Assembly (NCBI GenBank): GCA_024137785.1 | Contig: JAHRHZ010000003.1 | Span: 9,574,897 to 9,638,896, forward strand | Source of the DNA: Ginglymostoma cirratum | Taxonomy: Eukaryota | Direction of reading: 5' to 3' | DNA length: 64,000 nucleotides | In this document: positions 1 through 40,792 of the stretch, one piece after another | How positions within the stretch are numbered: the stretch's first letter is position 1 | Layout of the letters: the number at the start of each line of letters is the position of its first letter | Notes under the pieces: generated by a model | The model's database searches: none | What the model saw: only the letters and a program-made list of their open reading frames with translations | Told to the model about the DNA's origin: nothing | Position numbers and translations under genes: made by a program

Positions 1-68
1 GTCAACTTTCCTGCTCCTCTGATGCTGCTTGGCCTGCTGTGTTCATCCAGCTCCACAACGTTTTATCC
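1..68 (+). mobile_element. PLE-terminal-repeat-derived short element, family A (cut by window edge)
   Basis: GTCAACTTTCCTGCTCCTCTGATGCTGCTTGGCCTGCTGTGTTCATCCAGCTC matches the other family A copies. Confidence 0.75.
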
Positions 69-69
69 C

Positions 70-548
70 AACTTGTCCCACCTGCCTGAGCTTGACCCAT
101 ATGCTTCCAAACATTGCTTAGTCATGTACTTAGCTAAATGTCTTTTAAACATTGTTACTGTACCCACATTCACTACTTCATCTGGAAGTTCATTCCATGC
201 AGGTGCCAATCTCTGTGTAAAAAAAGTTGCTTCCTATATCTTTATTACATTTTTCCCCTCTCACCTTGAAAATATGCCACTTAGTCTTGTTCACCCACCT
301 GAGATAAAACACACATATCATTCACCTTGTCTACACCCCTCATGATTTTTCAGCCTTTATAAGGTCACCCCTCAAACTTCTATGCTTCAGTGAAAAGAAG
401 CCCGAGCCTATCCAGCCTCTCCTTATGATTCAAATCTTCCATTCCTGGCAACATCCTGGTAAATGTTTTCTGAATCTCTTCAGCTTCACAATATCCTTCC
501 ATTTAAAGGGTGACCAGAACTGAACACAGGATTCCAGAAGAGGCCTCT
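70..548 (-). mobile_element. CR1/HER1 LINE 3' fragment
   Basis: Reverse complement of the 3400-3960 type sequence. Confidence 0.75.
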
Positions 549-2759
549 TTGATACAGAATAAATATCATTAAAAAACAGCAAATGGCAACGAAACAATAT
601 CAGTTCTGAATTTCAATTTGAAGATTTATACATTTTTGTTATCCAAACATTGAATGAATATGGGATAAAAGATTTAGGCTACAGATCTCAGTGAGCAACT
701 AAGTGACCCACTTCTATGTTTCTGTACACTTACAGATCAATAAGTTGGGACCAGTGATCTCAGAAGGACTGGACGGAATTTGAGGAACAAGGTCTTTTTC
801 CAGAGGATGGTGGGGGGGATGGATTTAATGTCTGAAAGGTCATCAGAAGCAGAGACTTTGATCATGGTTATGGTGAAAATGCTGTCACCTAAAAAAGCTA
901 CAGACCAAGAACTGGAAAGTGGGATGAGGTTACAACTACCTTTAAGTCAAATAGACGTGATGGGCTGAATGGTGTCCTTCCGTGTTGTTAATGTCTAAAA
1001 TTGTACTGTCAGCCAATATGCCTTTAGCGTCTCAAAGTCTGTGCAAAGTTTCATTCTCTTCACCACTTCCCTTCTTGTTTTCACAAGTTCCCTCAACTCT
1101 GTGCCTGTGAGTCACCCCACTCTAATCTTGTTTTACCTTTTGTCACTGTTTGGTCTATAGAATAGAAATTATTTTGAGACATCTAAATACATTTTTCTGG
1201 CCTTGCTTTAATTGTGGCTTCATATACAATTCCCGTGACCCGTGCAGTGCTCAATCATGCATATCAGAATGTCTCAAAGTGAGTGTCCAGACTTTACTAG
1301 CTCATTTCAGGCAGCTGGGAGATTTTAATCTTGGAACATTAATATTGGAAGAGAAGGAGGCCATTCATCCCCTCGAGCCAGTTCAACATTCGATGAGGTC
1401 ATGGCTGATCTGTAGCTTATATACCTCCCTTGCACCCATATCCCTTTGCTTACCAAAATGTACCTGTTTCAAATTTAAAATTAACAACTCATTGATTATT
1501 GATTTGGAATAGAGAGGAAATAAAGCTTACCTCAGATTCACTACTCAGTGACTCATGCTTGAAACTGTGTAGATCCTGGGGAACACAGGATGCTCAAGCT
1601 TTTTAGCTGGCCTCAACCATGGTGACTAACTACTTAGAAATGCCATAAATGGAGGCTGAGTTTATGCAACCCATGGAACTGTATCCCAAAAGCATCAATA
1701 TTTTTCCAAAAACTGAAGGAAGAAAAATCTGAAACAAAATTGTACTTTGTCCAGAATTATAAACCCAAACTCCTGCCACTCAAAATCTAAGGATGGAATC
1801 TTCCCAAGACCTGAATGACATGGGGCTGCAGTGAAAATTGGAAGAACGATATAAGATGTTGAGAGAAGCATTTCTCAGCTTCGAGACTGACAAGTCTCAT
1901 TTTCCAGTCAAGTCCCAAACATGAGATTCTGGACAGTGAAAGGATTATTAATGGAAATTATTGCTGATTATCGCATTCATTCCTGCCTAATGTCACCTTA
2001 TTAATCTGCAGCCTCCCATTCTCCCATTCACTGATAGAAACTAGATATGAAAACTCCTGACATGAAACTCAAGGCATGTATCTAGCAGCTTGCTGCTTGC
2101 TCCTGCGGTCCTTTATTCTAGACACCTGGCACTAACATCTCAGCACATGCTCCCTGTCAGCAGCCACACACACCCCAAATCTATGGATATTGATAACTGA
2201 CAAGTGTAGGCTTCTCTGCATTACCATGGACATCTCTGATCCACATGCAACACAGTCCTACACTTTGGTGTGCACTGGTATCTCTCTTTGTAATGTCACT
2301 GCAAGGACACTGCTGACAGGGACAGTCACCCAGCTCATGGACTGGTGCAGGAGCAATTCACTTGCTCTCAGCCCTCATTCATCTTATGCTAATCTGATGC
2401 TCACAGCATCTCTGCCTTGCTTTATGCTGTATCGTTTTTCATAGTTTTGTCCCCTCAGCTGTGCTTTAGTTTAGCACGGACAAAAAGCCAGGCAGTTTGA
2501 CATGATTGTCAGTCATCAGTCAAAGGGATGACATGTCATTTTACAAACAGTACTATGTGATTCTCAGAACTGCACTCTGTGCCAACCTTACACATAGCAA
2601 ACACACTGCATGTACTGCAAGCATACCCCTTTGTCTCCAAATCAAAAGGGAGTCATCCTAAGTGAACAGGTCCTAAAGCATAAAGTCGAGGGCAGCGTCT
2701 GCTATCTGTTAGTTACTTGGGGAAATCAGCATTATAGATTTTTTCCTTCTCGGTGGAAA

Positions 2760-3965
2760 GAGTGAAGAAGTAATGAAGAAGATTAATGGAAGAGCGATGA
2801 ATGTGATTTATATGAACTTCAGTAAGGCGTTCAACGAGGTCTCTCATGATTGACTGGTTAGCAAGATTAGATCACATGAAATCCACGGATACAGAACTGG
2901 CTCAAAGATAGATGACAGAGGATGGCGGTGGAGGGTTGCTGTTTGGACTGGAGGACTGTGACCAGCAGTGTGCAGCAAGGATCAGTGCTGGGTCCGCTGC
3001 TTTTTGTCATTTATATGAATGATTTGGATTTGAATGCAGGAGGTATTGTTAGTAAGTTTGCAGACGACACCAAAATTGGTGGCGTAGTGGACAGTGAAGA
3101 AGGTCAATTCAGAGTACAACAGGACCTTGTTCAGATGGGCAAATGGGCTGAGGAGCGGCAGATGGAGTTTAACTTAGATAAATGTTATGTGCTGCATTTT
3201 GGAAAGGCAAATCAGGGCGGGACTTTCCACTTAATGGTCAGGTCCTGGGGAGTGTTGTTGAACAAAGAGACCTTGGTGCCCAGGTTCATAGTTCTTTGAA
3301 AGTAGAGTTGCATGCGGACAGGATAGCGAAGCAGGTGTTTGGTATGCTCGCCTTTATTGGTCAGCGCATTGAGTATAGGAGTTGGGAGATCATATTGTGG
3401 CTGTACAGGACATTGGTTAGGCCACTTTTGGAACACTGCTTTCAATTCTGGTCTCCCCGTTATTGGAAAGATGTTAAGATGCTTGAAAGAGTTCAGTACA
3501 GGAAGGATATTGCCAGGTTTGGAGGGTTTGAGCCAGAGAGAGAGGCTGAATAGGCTGGTGCTATTTTCCCTGGAGCATCAAAGGATGAGGGGTGATCTTA
3601 TTGAGGTTTATAAAATCATGAGGGTCATGATGGGGCAAATTGCCAAGGTCCTTTCCCAGGGTGGGGGAGTCTAAAACTAGAGGGAAAAGGTTTAACATGA
3701 GAGGGGAAAGATTTAAAAGGGACTTAAGGGGCAACATTTTCATGCAGAGGGTGGTGTGTGTATGGAATGTGCTGCCAGAGGAGGTGGTGGAGGCTGCTGC
3801 AGTAACAACATTTAAAAGGCATCTAGATGGGTACATGAATAGGAAGGGTTTAGAGGGATATGGGCCAAATACTAGTAAATTGGCATAGATTAATTTAGGA
3901 TATCTGATTGGCATGGACAAGTTGGAGTGAGGGACCTATTTCCATGCTGGACATTTCTGTGACTC
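2760..3965 (+). mobile_element. CR1/HER1 LINE 3' portion (RT)
   Basis: VTSSVQQGSVLGPLLFVIYMNDLD..SKFADDTKIGG; LYRTLVRPLLE; RGDLIEVYKIM; HER1-type 3' tail. Confidence 0.9.
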
Positions 3966-4439
3966 TCAGTCAAATATTGGGCACCCCGCCATTAGACGTG
4001 GCTCTTTGAGCCCTGCTGTAGGCTGTATTCAGTTGTTATGAGACAGATTAGGATTAATTGAGATAAAAGTGGGTTCACAGTTGTGAGTGCTGGTGCAGGT
4101 GTGGGAAAGATGATGAGATGTCCCAAGTAACTGAGAATTTTCAGAAGCCACGCAGGATTAATAAAGCTGGGGGTTAGGGTGATTGAGACCATGGAAGGGA
4201 AGAAGTTGCACGCACCTGTCAGAATAGGAAAGCACCAGCTTTGGAGGGAATTGGGTGCAGAAATCCGGGCAGTGGTGAGTCGTTATGGATTTGGTGAGTG
4301 GGAACATTGGGCTAATATCGGATGAGAGTGGCACTACAGGGTCATGGTGGAAAGTTAAAGTGCTGAGTTTTTAATGATGATTGCCAATAAAAGGTGTTAT
4401 TGGGCCTCCTGGAAAGAAACCCTCTGTTAAATTGAACAA

Positions 4440-5140
4440 AAATGTCCTTCAGCCAAACCATCTTCAGTTGCTCCATCGTCAGATCAGAAGTGGGGATGTT
4501 TGCGAATGATTGCACAACGTTCAGCACCATTCATGACTCTTCAGTTGCTGAAGCAATTCATGCTCAAATACCACAAGATCAGGACAATATCCAGACTTGG
4601 GCTGACAAGTGGCAAGTAACATTTGCGCCACACAAATGCCAGGCAATGACCATCTCCAGCAAGAGACGATCTAACCACCATCTCCTGACATTCAATGATG
4701 TTAGCCTTACTGAATCCCCCAGTATCAACATCCTGGGGGTTACCATTTAGCATAAACTCAGTTGGACTCACCACACAAATGCAGTGGCTACAAGAGCAGA
4801 TCAGAGGCTCGGAATACTGCGGTGAGTAACTCACCACTTAATTCCCCAAAACCTGTCCACCATCTAAAAGGCACAAGTCAGGAGTGTGAAGGAATACTCC
4901 CCACTTGCCTGGATTGGTGCAGCTCCAATAACACTTAAGAAATTGGATACCATCCAGGACAAAGCAGCCCGCTTGACAGGCACCACATCCACAAACATCT
5001 ACTCCTTTCATGACAGATGCTCAGTAGCAGCTGTGTGTAATGTCTACAAGATGCACTTGAGCAACTCACCAAAGATTCTTCCATGTTACCTTCTAAAACC
5101 ATGACTATCACCAATGAGAAGGGCAAAGGCAGCATTTACA
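4440..5140 (+). mobile_element. CR1/L2-type LINE (family B) 3' RT fragment
   Basis: MFANDCT..QTWADKWQVTFAPHKCQAM..; EYSPLAWIGAAP..KKLDTIQDKAARL. Confidence 0.8.
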
Positions 5141-5302
5141 TTGGATCACCAACTCCCACATTTACATTCAGTTCGCACCATTTACTTTGAATCGGTTTTT
5201 GCTTTGTACTCAGGAGTAGCCGATGTCCGACCACACACGCTGTAATCGTGGACACTTGGTGCTACTTGGCAGAAGAACCCTGCTATCGAGCGAACTGAAG
5301 CA

Positions 5303-5393
5303 AGAGGTAACAAGGTGTAGACCTGGATGAACACAGCAGGCCAAGCAGCATCAGGAAGCAGGAAGCAGGAAGGCTGACGTTTCGGGTCTAGAC
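5303..5393 (-). mobile_element. Family A short element, truncated within hammerhead stem II
   Basis: AACAAGGTGTAGACCTGGATGAACACAGCAGGCCAAGCAGCATC...GACGTTTCGGGTCTAGAC. Confidence 0.78.
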
Positions 5394-5689
5394 GCAATGG
5401 TCATAAAAGTCGGGTTGTGAAGGAATGAAAGTTCCTGTGTTATAGACATTTTTGTTGGCAAAAGAGGTGCCTATAAAACTGGGCTGCTTTGGAGTTGATT
5501 TTTCTTTGTTGGAATGTCAGCAAAAGTCTCATTTCGCTTTTGCATTCACGTGGGGTTCAGAATAGTTCACTTGTGGAAACATTGAATGCATTCCAGAGAG
5601 TGTCGGGGATTGAAGTTGCCTCAATGTTGCAGACAGAGTTGATAGACACGTGTGATAATGTTTTGCTGGCTTGAATCGGATTGTTTGCA

Positions 5690-5860
5690 CTGTTGAGTAG
5701 ACTGGTTTGTTGAAGGAGGAGGCAGAGGGTGAGTGCTCCGTATCGCTGCGGGTCCCGTCTCCCCTGTGCTCGTGCCCGCGGACACGAGCACGCGCCTGAG
5801 CGCCGGGCGTGAGCCACTTCCGCGGTTCAGCTGGTGGAGCGATTGTAAATGACGCTTGGT
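5690..5860 (+). promoter_or_regulatory. CpG-rich POLM promoter / 5' non-coding region with ETS-type site (ACTTCCG ~5816-5822) and donor GG|GTGAGT at 5729
   Basis: Local CpG enrichment in otherwise CpG-depleted DNA, ~400-550 bp upstream of the ATG. Confidence 0.55.
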
Positions 5861-6241
5861 CTGGCTGGAAAAAAGCTTCCTGTGTTGCAGTGTGGGTGCG
5901 CTCAACCGTTCAGTTACTTTATTTATAATGTCTCCTATTTTTGTCAGGCTTAAGAAGCAGCAGCTGCTTTCAGCTTCTAGGGAGGGCTCCTTCGGTTTTG
6001 CTTGTGTGTTTTTGTATGTCTGTATCTGTGTGTGTCTGCGTTTTCTGGTTATCACAGGCTGGCAATAGCAACACTCCTGAAGCTAAGTGACCTGCTGAGG
6101 CAATGGCCACTACCATCACTGTCCCAGCAACAATGGAAACAGACGCTTGAAGGTTACTTGTGGTGCAATTCACTGGGGACTTGCCAGTCTTTTCTCTCTC
6201 ACATTTGACCTTGTTGTTTCTTGTCCCTTTCCCAGCTCACC

Positions 6242-33248
<27,007 letters not shown>

Positions 33249-33279
33249 TGGGCTGAGTTCAAGTCACCAGAGTCCTGAG

Positions 33280-33285
33280 AATAAA
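33280..33285 (+). terminator. Candidate POLM polyadenylation signal AATAAA (alternative at 33746-33751)
   Basis: AATAAA 32 nt after the stop codon; usage unverified. Confidence 0.4.
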
Positions 33286-33499
33286 CAGTGAGGACAACTT
33301 CACTGATCCCTCTGACAAATGCATGTTGCAAATTTGTAACTGGACATTTAAAACCAAGCAAAAATTGGTCATTCACCAGTGTTTGGTTTTATATGGCGAG
33401 CGCACATCTCCTGTCTGATATTTTGTAGAATTCGTAAGTTCCATGTTGATCACTTTAGCATCCTTTCAAACGTTTCTGTCATGCATCTATATACTCAGC

Positions 33500-33885
33500 T
33501 GTTGGCTCAACTGATCCACTGTCTTTATGAATCAGAACCTCAGAAGCCATGAACTAACATCCCATTCCAGTGACTTGAGCACAAAATCTTAGCTGAAACA
33601 CAGGGGAGCTGCTATTTTTTGAGATAAGAACTTAAGCATCTGCCCTCTCTGGTGTGCGTTAACAATCTCCAAGTTGGAAAAAGAAGATGGTAGCTTTGCT
33701 TGATGACCTTGTAAATCTTGATCTGAAATCATTATCACTGAACAAAATAAATATCTTGGATTTCTTTGCAATGTTTTTTGTAATTCATTTCCTGTATAAG
33801 TCATGACAGTTGAGGAAGTTTATTGACTGGCCACAGGTTTGGGATATCCTTAAATTGTGAAATAAGCCATACCAATGTTATATCT
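33500..33885 (+). mobile_element. Second decayed Deu-domain SINE downstream of POLM
   Basis: GACTTGAGCACAAAATCT.AGCTGA..; TTTGGGATATCC..TTGTGAAA tail. Confidence 0.45.
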
Positions 33886-34465
33886 TAACTGTATAGTCTT
33901 AGAGTTATATGGAACCTGAACAATCCAGTGATGATACGATCACAGCCACTATTCTCTTTTTAGCACTCCCATGTCCGAAGTGATTCTGGAAACAGAGTCG
34001 ATGATAACATTCAGAACTGAATTGGATAAAGCCTTGTTGGAAATATTTATAGGGCTGGGGTAGAAGAGACAGATTGGCACTAATTGGACAGCTATTAAAA
34101 GAGCTGCCACTGGCACAGAGGACTGAATGATGTCCTCTGGGCTGGATTATTTTAGATGATGTTTGTTTGACACTATTTTAATCAAATGTAGTAGTTGATT
34201 GACATTTTTTTGGAATCCAAATTCCACTATCTGCTATTGGTGGGATTTGAACCCATATCCCCAAAGAATGAAGCAGGACATGGTCCACAGACCATGTATA
34301 GATTAGTAGTCCCATGATGTCGCCTTTTCAGAGGCGAGGATGGTCTTGTGCCATCAAGAGCCAGTCAGAGAATAGGAATACTATGCTGAGTAACTATCCT
34401 CCTGATTCCCCAAAGCCTATCCACCATCTCCAAGGCATAAATCAGGAGTGTTGTTGGATTACATC

Positions 34466-34543
34466 AGAGATAAAAGGTACTGCAGATGCTGGAGAATCTG
34501 AGATAACAAGTTGTGGGGCTGGATGAACACAGCAGGCCAAGCA
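34466..34543 (-). mobile_element. Family A short element fragment fused to a CR1/L2-type LINE 3' fragment (34544-35010)
   Basis: GGTACTGCAGATGCTGGAGAATCTGAGATAACAAG...CAGCAGGCCAAGCA. Confidence 0.72.
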
Positions 34544-35699
34544 CCCCACTTGCCTGGACAAGTATAGCTCGAACAAAACTGAAGAAGCTTGACAATATCC
34601 AGGACCAAGCTTGCATGATGAGTACTACATACAGCACCTTAAACATTAACTCTGTTCACCACAAGTACACCACCAATACAGTGTGATTGCAATGCATACC
34701 ATCTGCAAGATGCATTGCCACAATTCGCTATGGGCTTGTCAAACTCACAACCTGTGCCATCATGGAGGACAGAGTAACAGACATACAGGACCATCAGCAG
34801 CAAGGTCCCCTTCAACTTGCACATTGTACGGACGTAGAACCATATTGCTACTCTGTCAGTGCTACAGGGTTAAATGTCAGAAGTTACTTCCATATAGCAT
34901 TGTGGGTTGGTCTACATCCCATGGACAAGTGTTTCAAGAAGACATCTCACTGTCAGCTTGACCAGAGCAATTCAGGCTGAACAATGAAAGCTGGCCTAGC
35001 CAATGATACCACTTGCCATCTAAAAAAAGACAGCTAAACTGTCAGACGTTGACCACAAATGGATGAGGCATTGACCGTCAAGTCCAAAAAACATAGCTGT
35101 CCCCTGGTGACTGACTTCTAAATCGGGTTACTGGGTTACAGACAACTAGATTTGGGTGGGATAGTAACTTAGAGCTGCCCACCAGACTGGGGTGACAGAT
35201 TGTAAACAAGACAACTGAGCAGGAGGGGTGGAACTGGCCAAATATAGACTTGTATAAGTAAGGAATGCCTTGCGTTTGTTTGTTTTCCTCATCTGAAGAC
35301 TATACAGAATTGAACTGTTCTCGTGACTGCGTATGTAGAGCAAGGATTTTTTTCTTTGAACAAAAGTATATTTTCAGAAGAAATAATAACTGGCCACCTG
35401 TTACAGATAACTGGCGTGCAGGTGCTGACTGACTGTTCTTTGTTCTTTGGATCCCTGATATCACTTACCCTTTCTGAAGAAGCAGCTCCCCATTCCTCAG
35501 AGATATCCCTACCTTTGTGAGGGATGCTGAAATCTTTGCTTGGAGACAAACACCCACTTTGTTATGGAGTCATTCATCATCCCTGGGTAGTGGTGGCAAG
35601 GGGTGAAAAAACCAAGTTGCAGATGCATATGTTTTTTAGAAGTATCGGTAAGAGTGATCGCCACACAGTCCTTGTGGAGATGAAATCCTGCTTTCCCAT

Positions 35700-37335
35700 T
35701 GAGAATACCCTCAATTGTGTGGCACTGTCACTGTGTAAATGGGATAGATTTCAAATTGATCTAGCGACTCAAGATTGGGCATATGAGGAACTATGGGCCA
35801 TCCAAAGCAGCAGAATTGTAGTCCAGTACAATCTGCAACCTTGTGGTCTGGCATATCTCCCCACTCAACCATGACGATCAAGCCAGGGGTCATCCCCTGC
35901 TTCAATGAACACTGCAAGAGGGACCAGCACCAGGCATACCTGAAGATGAGGCATTAACCTGGTGAAGCTACCAAACAGGACTACTTGCATGCCAAACAGC
36001 ATGAGCAGCAAGTAACGGATGGAGTTAAGCGATCCTACAACCAACAGATCAGATCTAAGCTCTGCAGTCCTGCCACGTCCAAACACGAATGATGGTGGAC
36101 AATTGAACAACTCACTGGAGGATGAGGCTCCACAAATATCTCCATCCTCGATGATGGAACAGCCCAACACATAACTGCAAAAGACAAGTGGATGATCCAT
36201 CTTGGCCTCCTCCAATGGTTCCCAGCATTACAGATATCAATCTTAAGCCAGTTTGATTCACTGACGTGATATTGAGAAACAGTTGGGGGGCATTGGATAC
36301 TGCGAAGGCTATGGGCACTGATAACATTCGGTAATCGTACTGAACACTTGTGCTCCAGAACTTACCGTTCCCTTAGCCAAGCTGTTCCAGTGCAGTTACA
36401 ACACTGGCATCTACGCAGCAATGTGGAAAATTGCCCAAGTATGTCCTATACACACAAAGCAGGACAAATCCAACCCAGTCAATTACTGTCCCATCGGTCT
36501 TCTCTCGATCATCAGAGAAGGCAGGGAAGGTGTCAACAACCATTTGGGTTCCACCGGGGCCATTCAGCTCTTGACCTCATTGTAAAGTTGATGCAAATGT
36601 AGACAAAAGGGGTGAATTGCAGAGGTAAGGTGAGAGTGACAACTGTTGACATCAAGGCTGCATTTGACTGACTGTAGCATCAGGGAGACCAAGCAAAACT
36701 CGATTCAATGGGTATCAGGGCAAACTCACTGCGGGTTGGAGTCAGACCTGACACATAGGAAGATAATTGTGGTTGTTGGAGGTCAGTCATCTCAGCTAAA
36801 GGACACCTCTGCACGAGTGCCTCAGAATAAGGTAGCACCTTTGGCTCCTTCATCAGTGAGATCCTTCCTCCATCCTCAGGTCAGAGCCAGGGATATTTGG
36901 CGATCACTGCACAAAGTTAGGTATCATTTGTAACTCCTCAGATACTGAAGCTGTGTGTGCTTAAATGCAACAAGATCTGGACAATATCCAGCCTTGGGCT
37001 GATAAGTGGCAAGTAACATTCACGCCAGTCATTCCAGGCAATGACCATCTCCAATAAGAGACAAAGTAATCACCGCCCCTTGACATTCAATGGTGTTACC
37101 ATCACTGAATCCCCCACTATCAACATTCTGGGGGTTACCATTGACCAGAAACTCAACTGGACTCGCCACACAAACACATTGGCTACAATGGCAGGCCAGA
37201 AGCTCAGAAGACTGCGGCGAGTAACTCACCTTTGGACTCCCCAAAGCCTGCCCATCATCTATAAGGTACATGTCAGGCGTGCGATGGAATACTCCCTACT
37301 TGCCTGGATGAGTACAACTGGGTCAACACTCGAGA
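35700..37335 (+). mobile_element. CR1/L2-type LINE (family B) ORF2 remnant, interrupted by Rex; resumes at 40423-40560
   Basis: RT remnants (QAWADKWQVTF, ESPTINILGVTIDQKLNW, MEYS.LAWM) co-linear with the copy at 4440-5140. Confidence 0.78.
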
Positions 37336-40300
37336 CTGCTTCCAAAATGGCGCTGGAGTGTGGTGAGTGGGGCCCAACTGCTAACACTGGATCCGCGACC
37401 GTGACAACAAAGAGACGAACCACTTACTGGCTTTTGGAAGGCCCAACACCAGATGTTGATCGGCAACCTGTCTCTGCGACCTGACGTGATCTTGTGGAGA
37501 CCTGACTTTGTGGCCCAGGCAGATCAAGATCAATACACCCTCCGGTGTACCCAAGGCTGCAATCGGTGTCCATGACCCTACTGGATGCACCCGTGTACCT
37601 TCTGGAACGGCAGACGACCTACACTGACTCCTGGGCCCGACCAGAAGCAGCCTCTTACCCAGGAAACGAGAGAGATGTTCTGGCCTGCAGGTGATGTAGT
37701 TTCATGTTCAGCATACTCCTGGCAAAGGTACAAGCTGTTGAAAACAAGCTGGACAAACTTAAAGCTGGACTCACCTACCAAAGGGAATTCAGTGGCCTGC
37801 TGTGTGCACTGTTTTACAAAGACATGGCTCACTCCTGCTTCACCTGACTTTTCCTGAATTTATCAGATGGTCCACACAACATCCTTCAGCAAGGCATGGG
37901 GCACAGGAGTCTGCCTCCTGATCAACGCCTCTTGGTGCTCAGATGTGATGACCCTGGCAAGTTACTGCTCCCCGGATGTAGAACAGTCAAGTGCTGTACC
38001 TACTAACTGCCGTGGGAGTTCACTTCTGCTAGCCTGACAGCAGTTTACATCCGACTCCATGCAGAACTGAAGATTGCACTTCATGAAATGTACACTGCTA
38101 CAAATAGCCTTGAGATGGAACACCCTGAGGCCTTGTTTGTTGTAGCCAGCGAATTGAACCATGCTCACATCAAGAGTATGCCATCAAGATACCATCAACA
38201 TATCTCCTGTCCCACTGGAGGCCCAAACACCCTTCACCATTGTGACATAATCATGAAAGACACCAACTGCTCTAACTCCTGCCCATATTTTGGAAAATCA
38301 AACCATAAGACTGTGCACCTTTTCTCAGCTTACAAGCAGAAACTGAAGTACGAGGACCTGGGACATAAAGTTGTCTAGTGCTGGTGTGAAGTAACGGATG
38401 AGCTCCTTTGTTACTGCATGGAGTCGGTGGACTGGTCATTGAAGAACTCGGTGACCAACCAAAACGATAAGGCCACTACCATCACAGACTTAATTAGTAA
38501 TTGTCTGGAAGATGCTTGCCAAAGAAGTTAATCTGAGTGTTTCCCAACCGGAAACCATGGATGAACTGGGAGATGTCCTCCCTACTGAAGTCCAGGTCTG
38601 AGGCATTCAAATCGGGTGACCCTGACCTATACAGGAAATCAAGGTACGACCCTTGCAAAGCCATCAGGGACACCAAGAGACAAGGACACCAGACTAAACT
38701 AGAGTCCCAGACTAACCACACAACTACACGTCAATTGTGGCAAGGCTGGTATGATATAACAGGCAACAAAGTGAAGTTGAATAGAATTGCTGGCAACATT
38801 GCAATCCTCCCCGATGAGCTCAATGCATTTTGTGCTTGTTTGAAACCGACTGTCAGTGAAATGATGTGACCTGCCCTGCAGCTTCAGGTCCACCTGTACC
38901 CATAGTCACTGCTGCAAATGTCAGATCAGCATCTTTAGGGTGAACCTATGGAAAGTAACTGGCCCGGATGGAGACCCTGGCCGTGCACTCAGATCCTGTG
39001 CAGACTAGCTGGCTGGACTATTCACTGACATCTTTAACCTCTCCTTACTACGATCTGAAGTTCCCACCGACTTCAAGAAGACCACTATCAGCCTGGTGCC
39101 AAAGACATATCAGACAGCCTGCCTCAATGACTTACCACCTAGTGGCTCTGAAATCCATCATTATGAAATGCTTTGAGAGGTTAGTAATGGCACATATCAA
39201 CTCCAGCCTCCCCAACTGCCTTAATCCAGTAGAATTTGCCAACTGTCGTAATAGGTCCATGGCAAACACCATCTTCTTGGACCGACACTGATCCCTGGAA
39301 CATTTGGATAATGAGAATACCCATGTCAGGTTCTTACAGATTGACAACAGCTCTGCCTTCAACAGTATAATTCCAACCAATCTAACTTCCAAACAACAAA
39401 ACATAGATTTCTGCTCCGCCCTCTGCAACTGGATCCTTGAATTCCTCACCCACAAACCGCCATCAGTAACAACACCTCCTCCACGATAATCCTTACTGGT
39501 GTCCCACAAGGCTGTGTACTCAGCCCCTTACTATACTCCCTATACACTCACAAATGTGTGGTCAAATTTAGCTTTAACTCGATTGAGAAATTTGCTGATG
39601 ATACCACTATCGTGACAAGAGTACAGGAAAAAGATAGACAGCTTAGTGGCATGGTGCAAAAATAATAATGTCGCTCTCTCAATCCCAGCAAAATGAAGGA
39701 GCTGGTCATCGACTTCAGGAAGTGGAGTGGAGGACACGCCTGCGCCTGTATTAATGGTGCTTAGGTCAAGTGGTTGAGAGCTTCAAGTGCTTCGAATTAA
39801 ATATCACCAGTGGTCTCTCCTGGTTCATCCATGTTGACGCTACAGTGAAGACAGTGCACCCACGCCTCAACTTCCTCAGAAGGCTAAGGAAATTCAGCAG
39901 GTCTACAATTACTCTTTCCAATTTCATAGATGCACCATAGAGAGCAGATGTGTCACAGCTCAGTATGGCAACTGCTGTGCCCAAAACTGCAAGAATTTAC
40001 AGAGAATTGTGAACTCAGTACAGTCTATCACGAAAATTAGCCTTCTCTCCATTGACTCCATCTACAGTTAATACTGCCTCGGAACAGCAGTGAGCATAAT
40101 CAAAGACCCCTCCCACCCCGGTTATACACTCTTCCATCCTCTTCTCTCAGACAGAAGATGGAAAAGTTTGAAAATATGGACCAACAGATTCAAGAACAGC
40201 TTCTTCCTTGCTTTTATTAGACCTTGATTGGACTGCTCATATATTAGAGGTGATCTTTCTCTGCATCTTCTCTGTAGCTGTAACATAATATTCTGTATTC

Positions 40301-40422
40301 TGTTCTACTTCCCTAATGCACTTGTGTGAGGTATGATTTGCCTGGATAGTGTGTAAAACAAAACCTTTTGCGATATCTCAGTATATGTGACAGTAATAAA
40401 TCAAATCAAACAATAAATCAAA
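37336..40422 (+). mobile_element. Rex1/Babar-clade LINE, near full length (~3.1 kb), decayed
   Basis: 5' end TTCCAAAATGGCGC; APE (CVHCFTKTWLTP); FPNRKPWMN..LLKSRSEAFKSGD..YRKSRYD; RT (IMKCFERLV, D.SSAFNSIIP, GVPQGCVLSPLLY, KFADDT); (AAATC)n tail; TSD TC(G/A)AGA. Confidence 0.85.
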
Positions 40423-40792
40423 TCAAGAAGTTTCACTGCTATCCAGAACAGAGCAGCTGCCTCGTTCGCACCACATCAGTAAGCATCCACTCCCTGCACC
40501 ACCGATGCTCAGTGGCAGCAGTGTGTACTATCCACAAGATGCAGAAATTCATCAACGATCCTTATAGACAGACCTCAAAGGAAAACAAAAATCTGTTTTG
40601 ACCTCACAGACTTCTAAAATGTCAATTAGTTGTCAAGAATTGTTGCAAGTTAGGAACCTATTTTATTCTTGTGTTTGCCAATCAGCAACATACTTTGTTT
40701 CATACCTTTATACTCTCGGTCGAATCTTGCAGTTTATTTCTTTTTTGGAAAGCTATCAAATTCCCTTTGCAGCGCCGTGATGATGCAGTGAT

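Noticed and set aside
5621-6055. 144-aa minus-strand ORF as a divergent gene
   Set aside because: Low complexity from (GT)-rich sequence; no domain or splice support.
6103-6150. uORF MATTITV.. resembles the CAMK2B start MATTVTC, and CAMK2B neighbours NUDCD3 in human
   Set aside because: Similarity ends after ~6 residues, a stop follows at codon 16, and there are no kinase motifs; probably coincidence.
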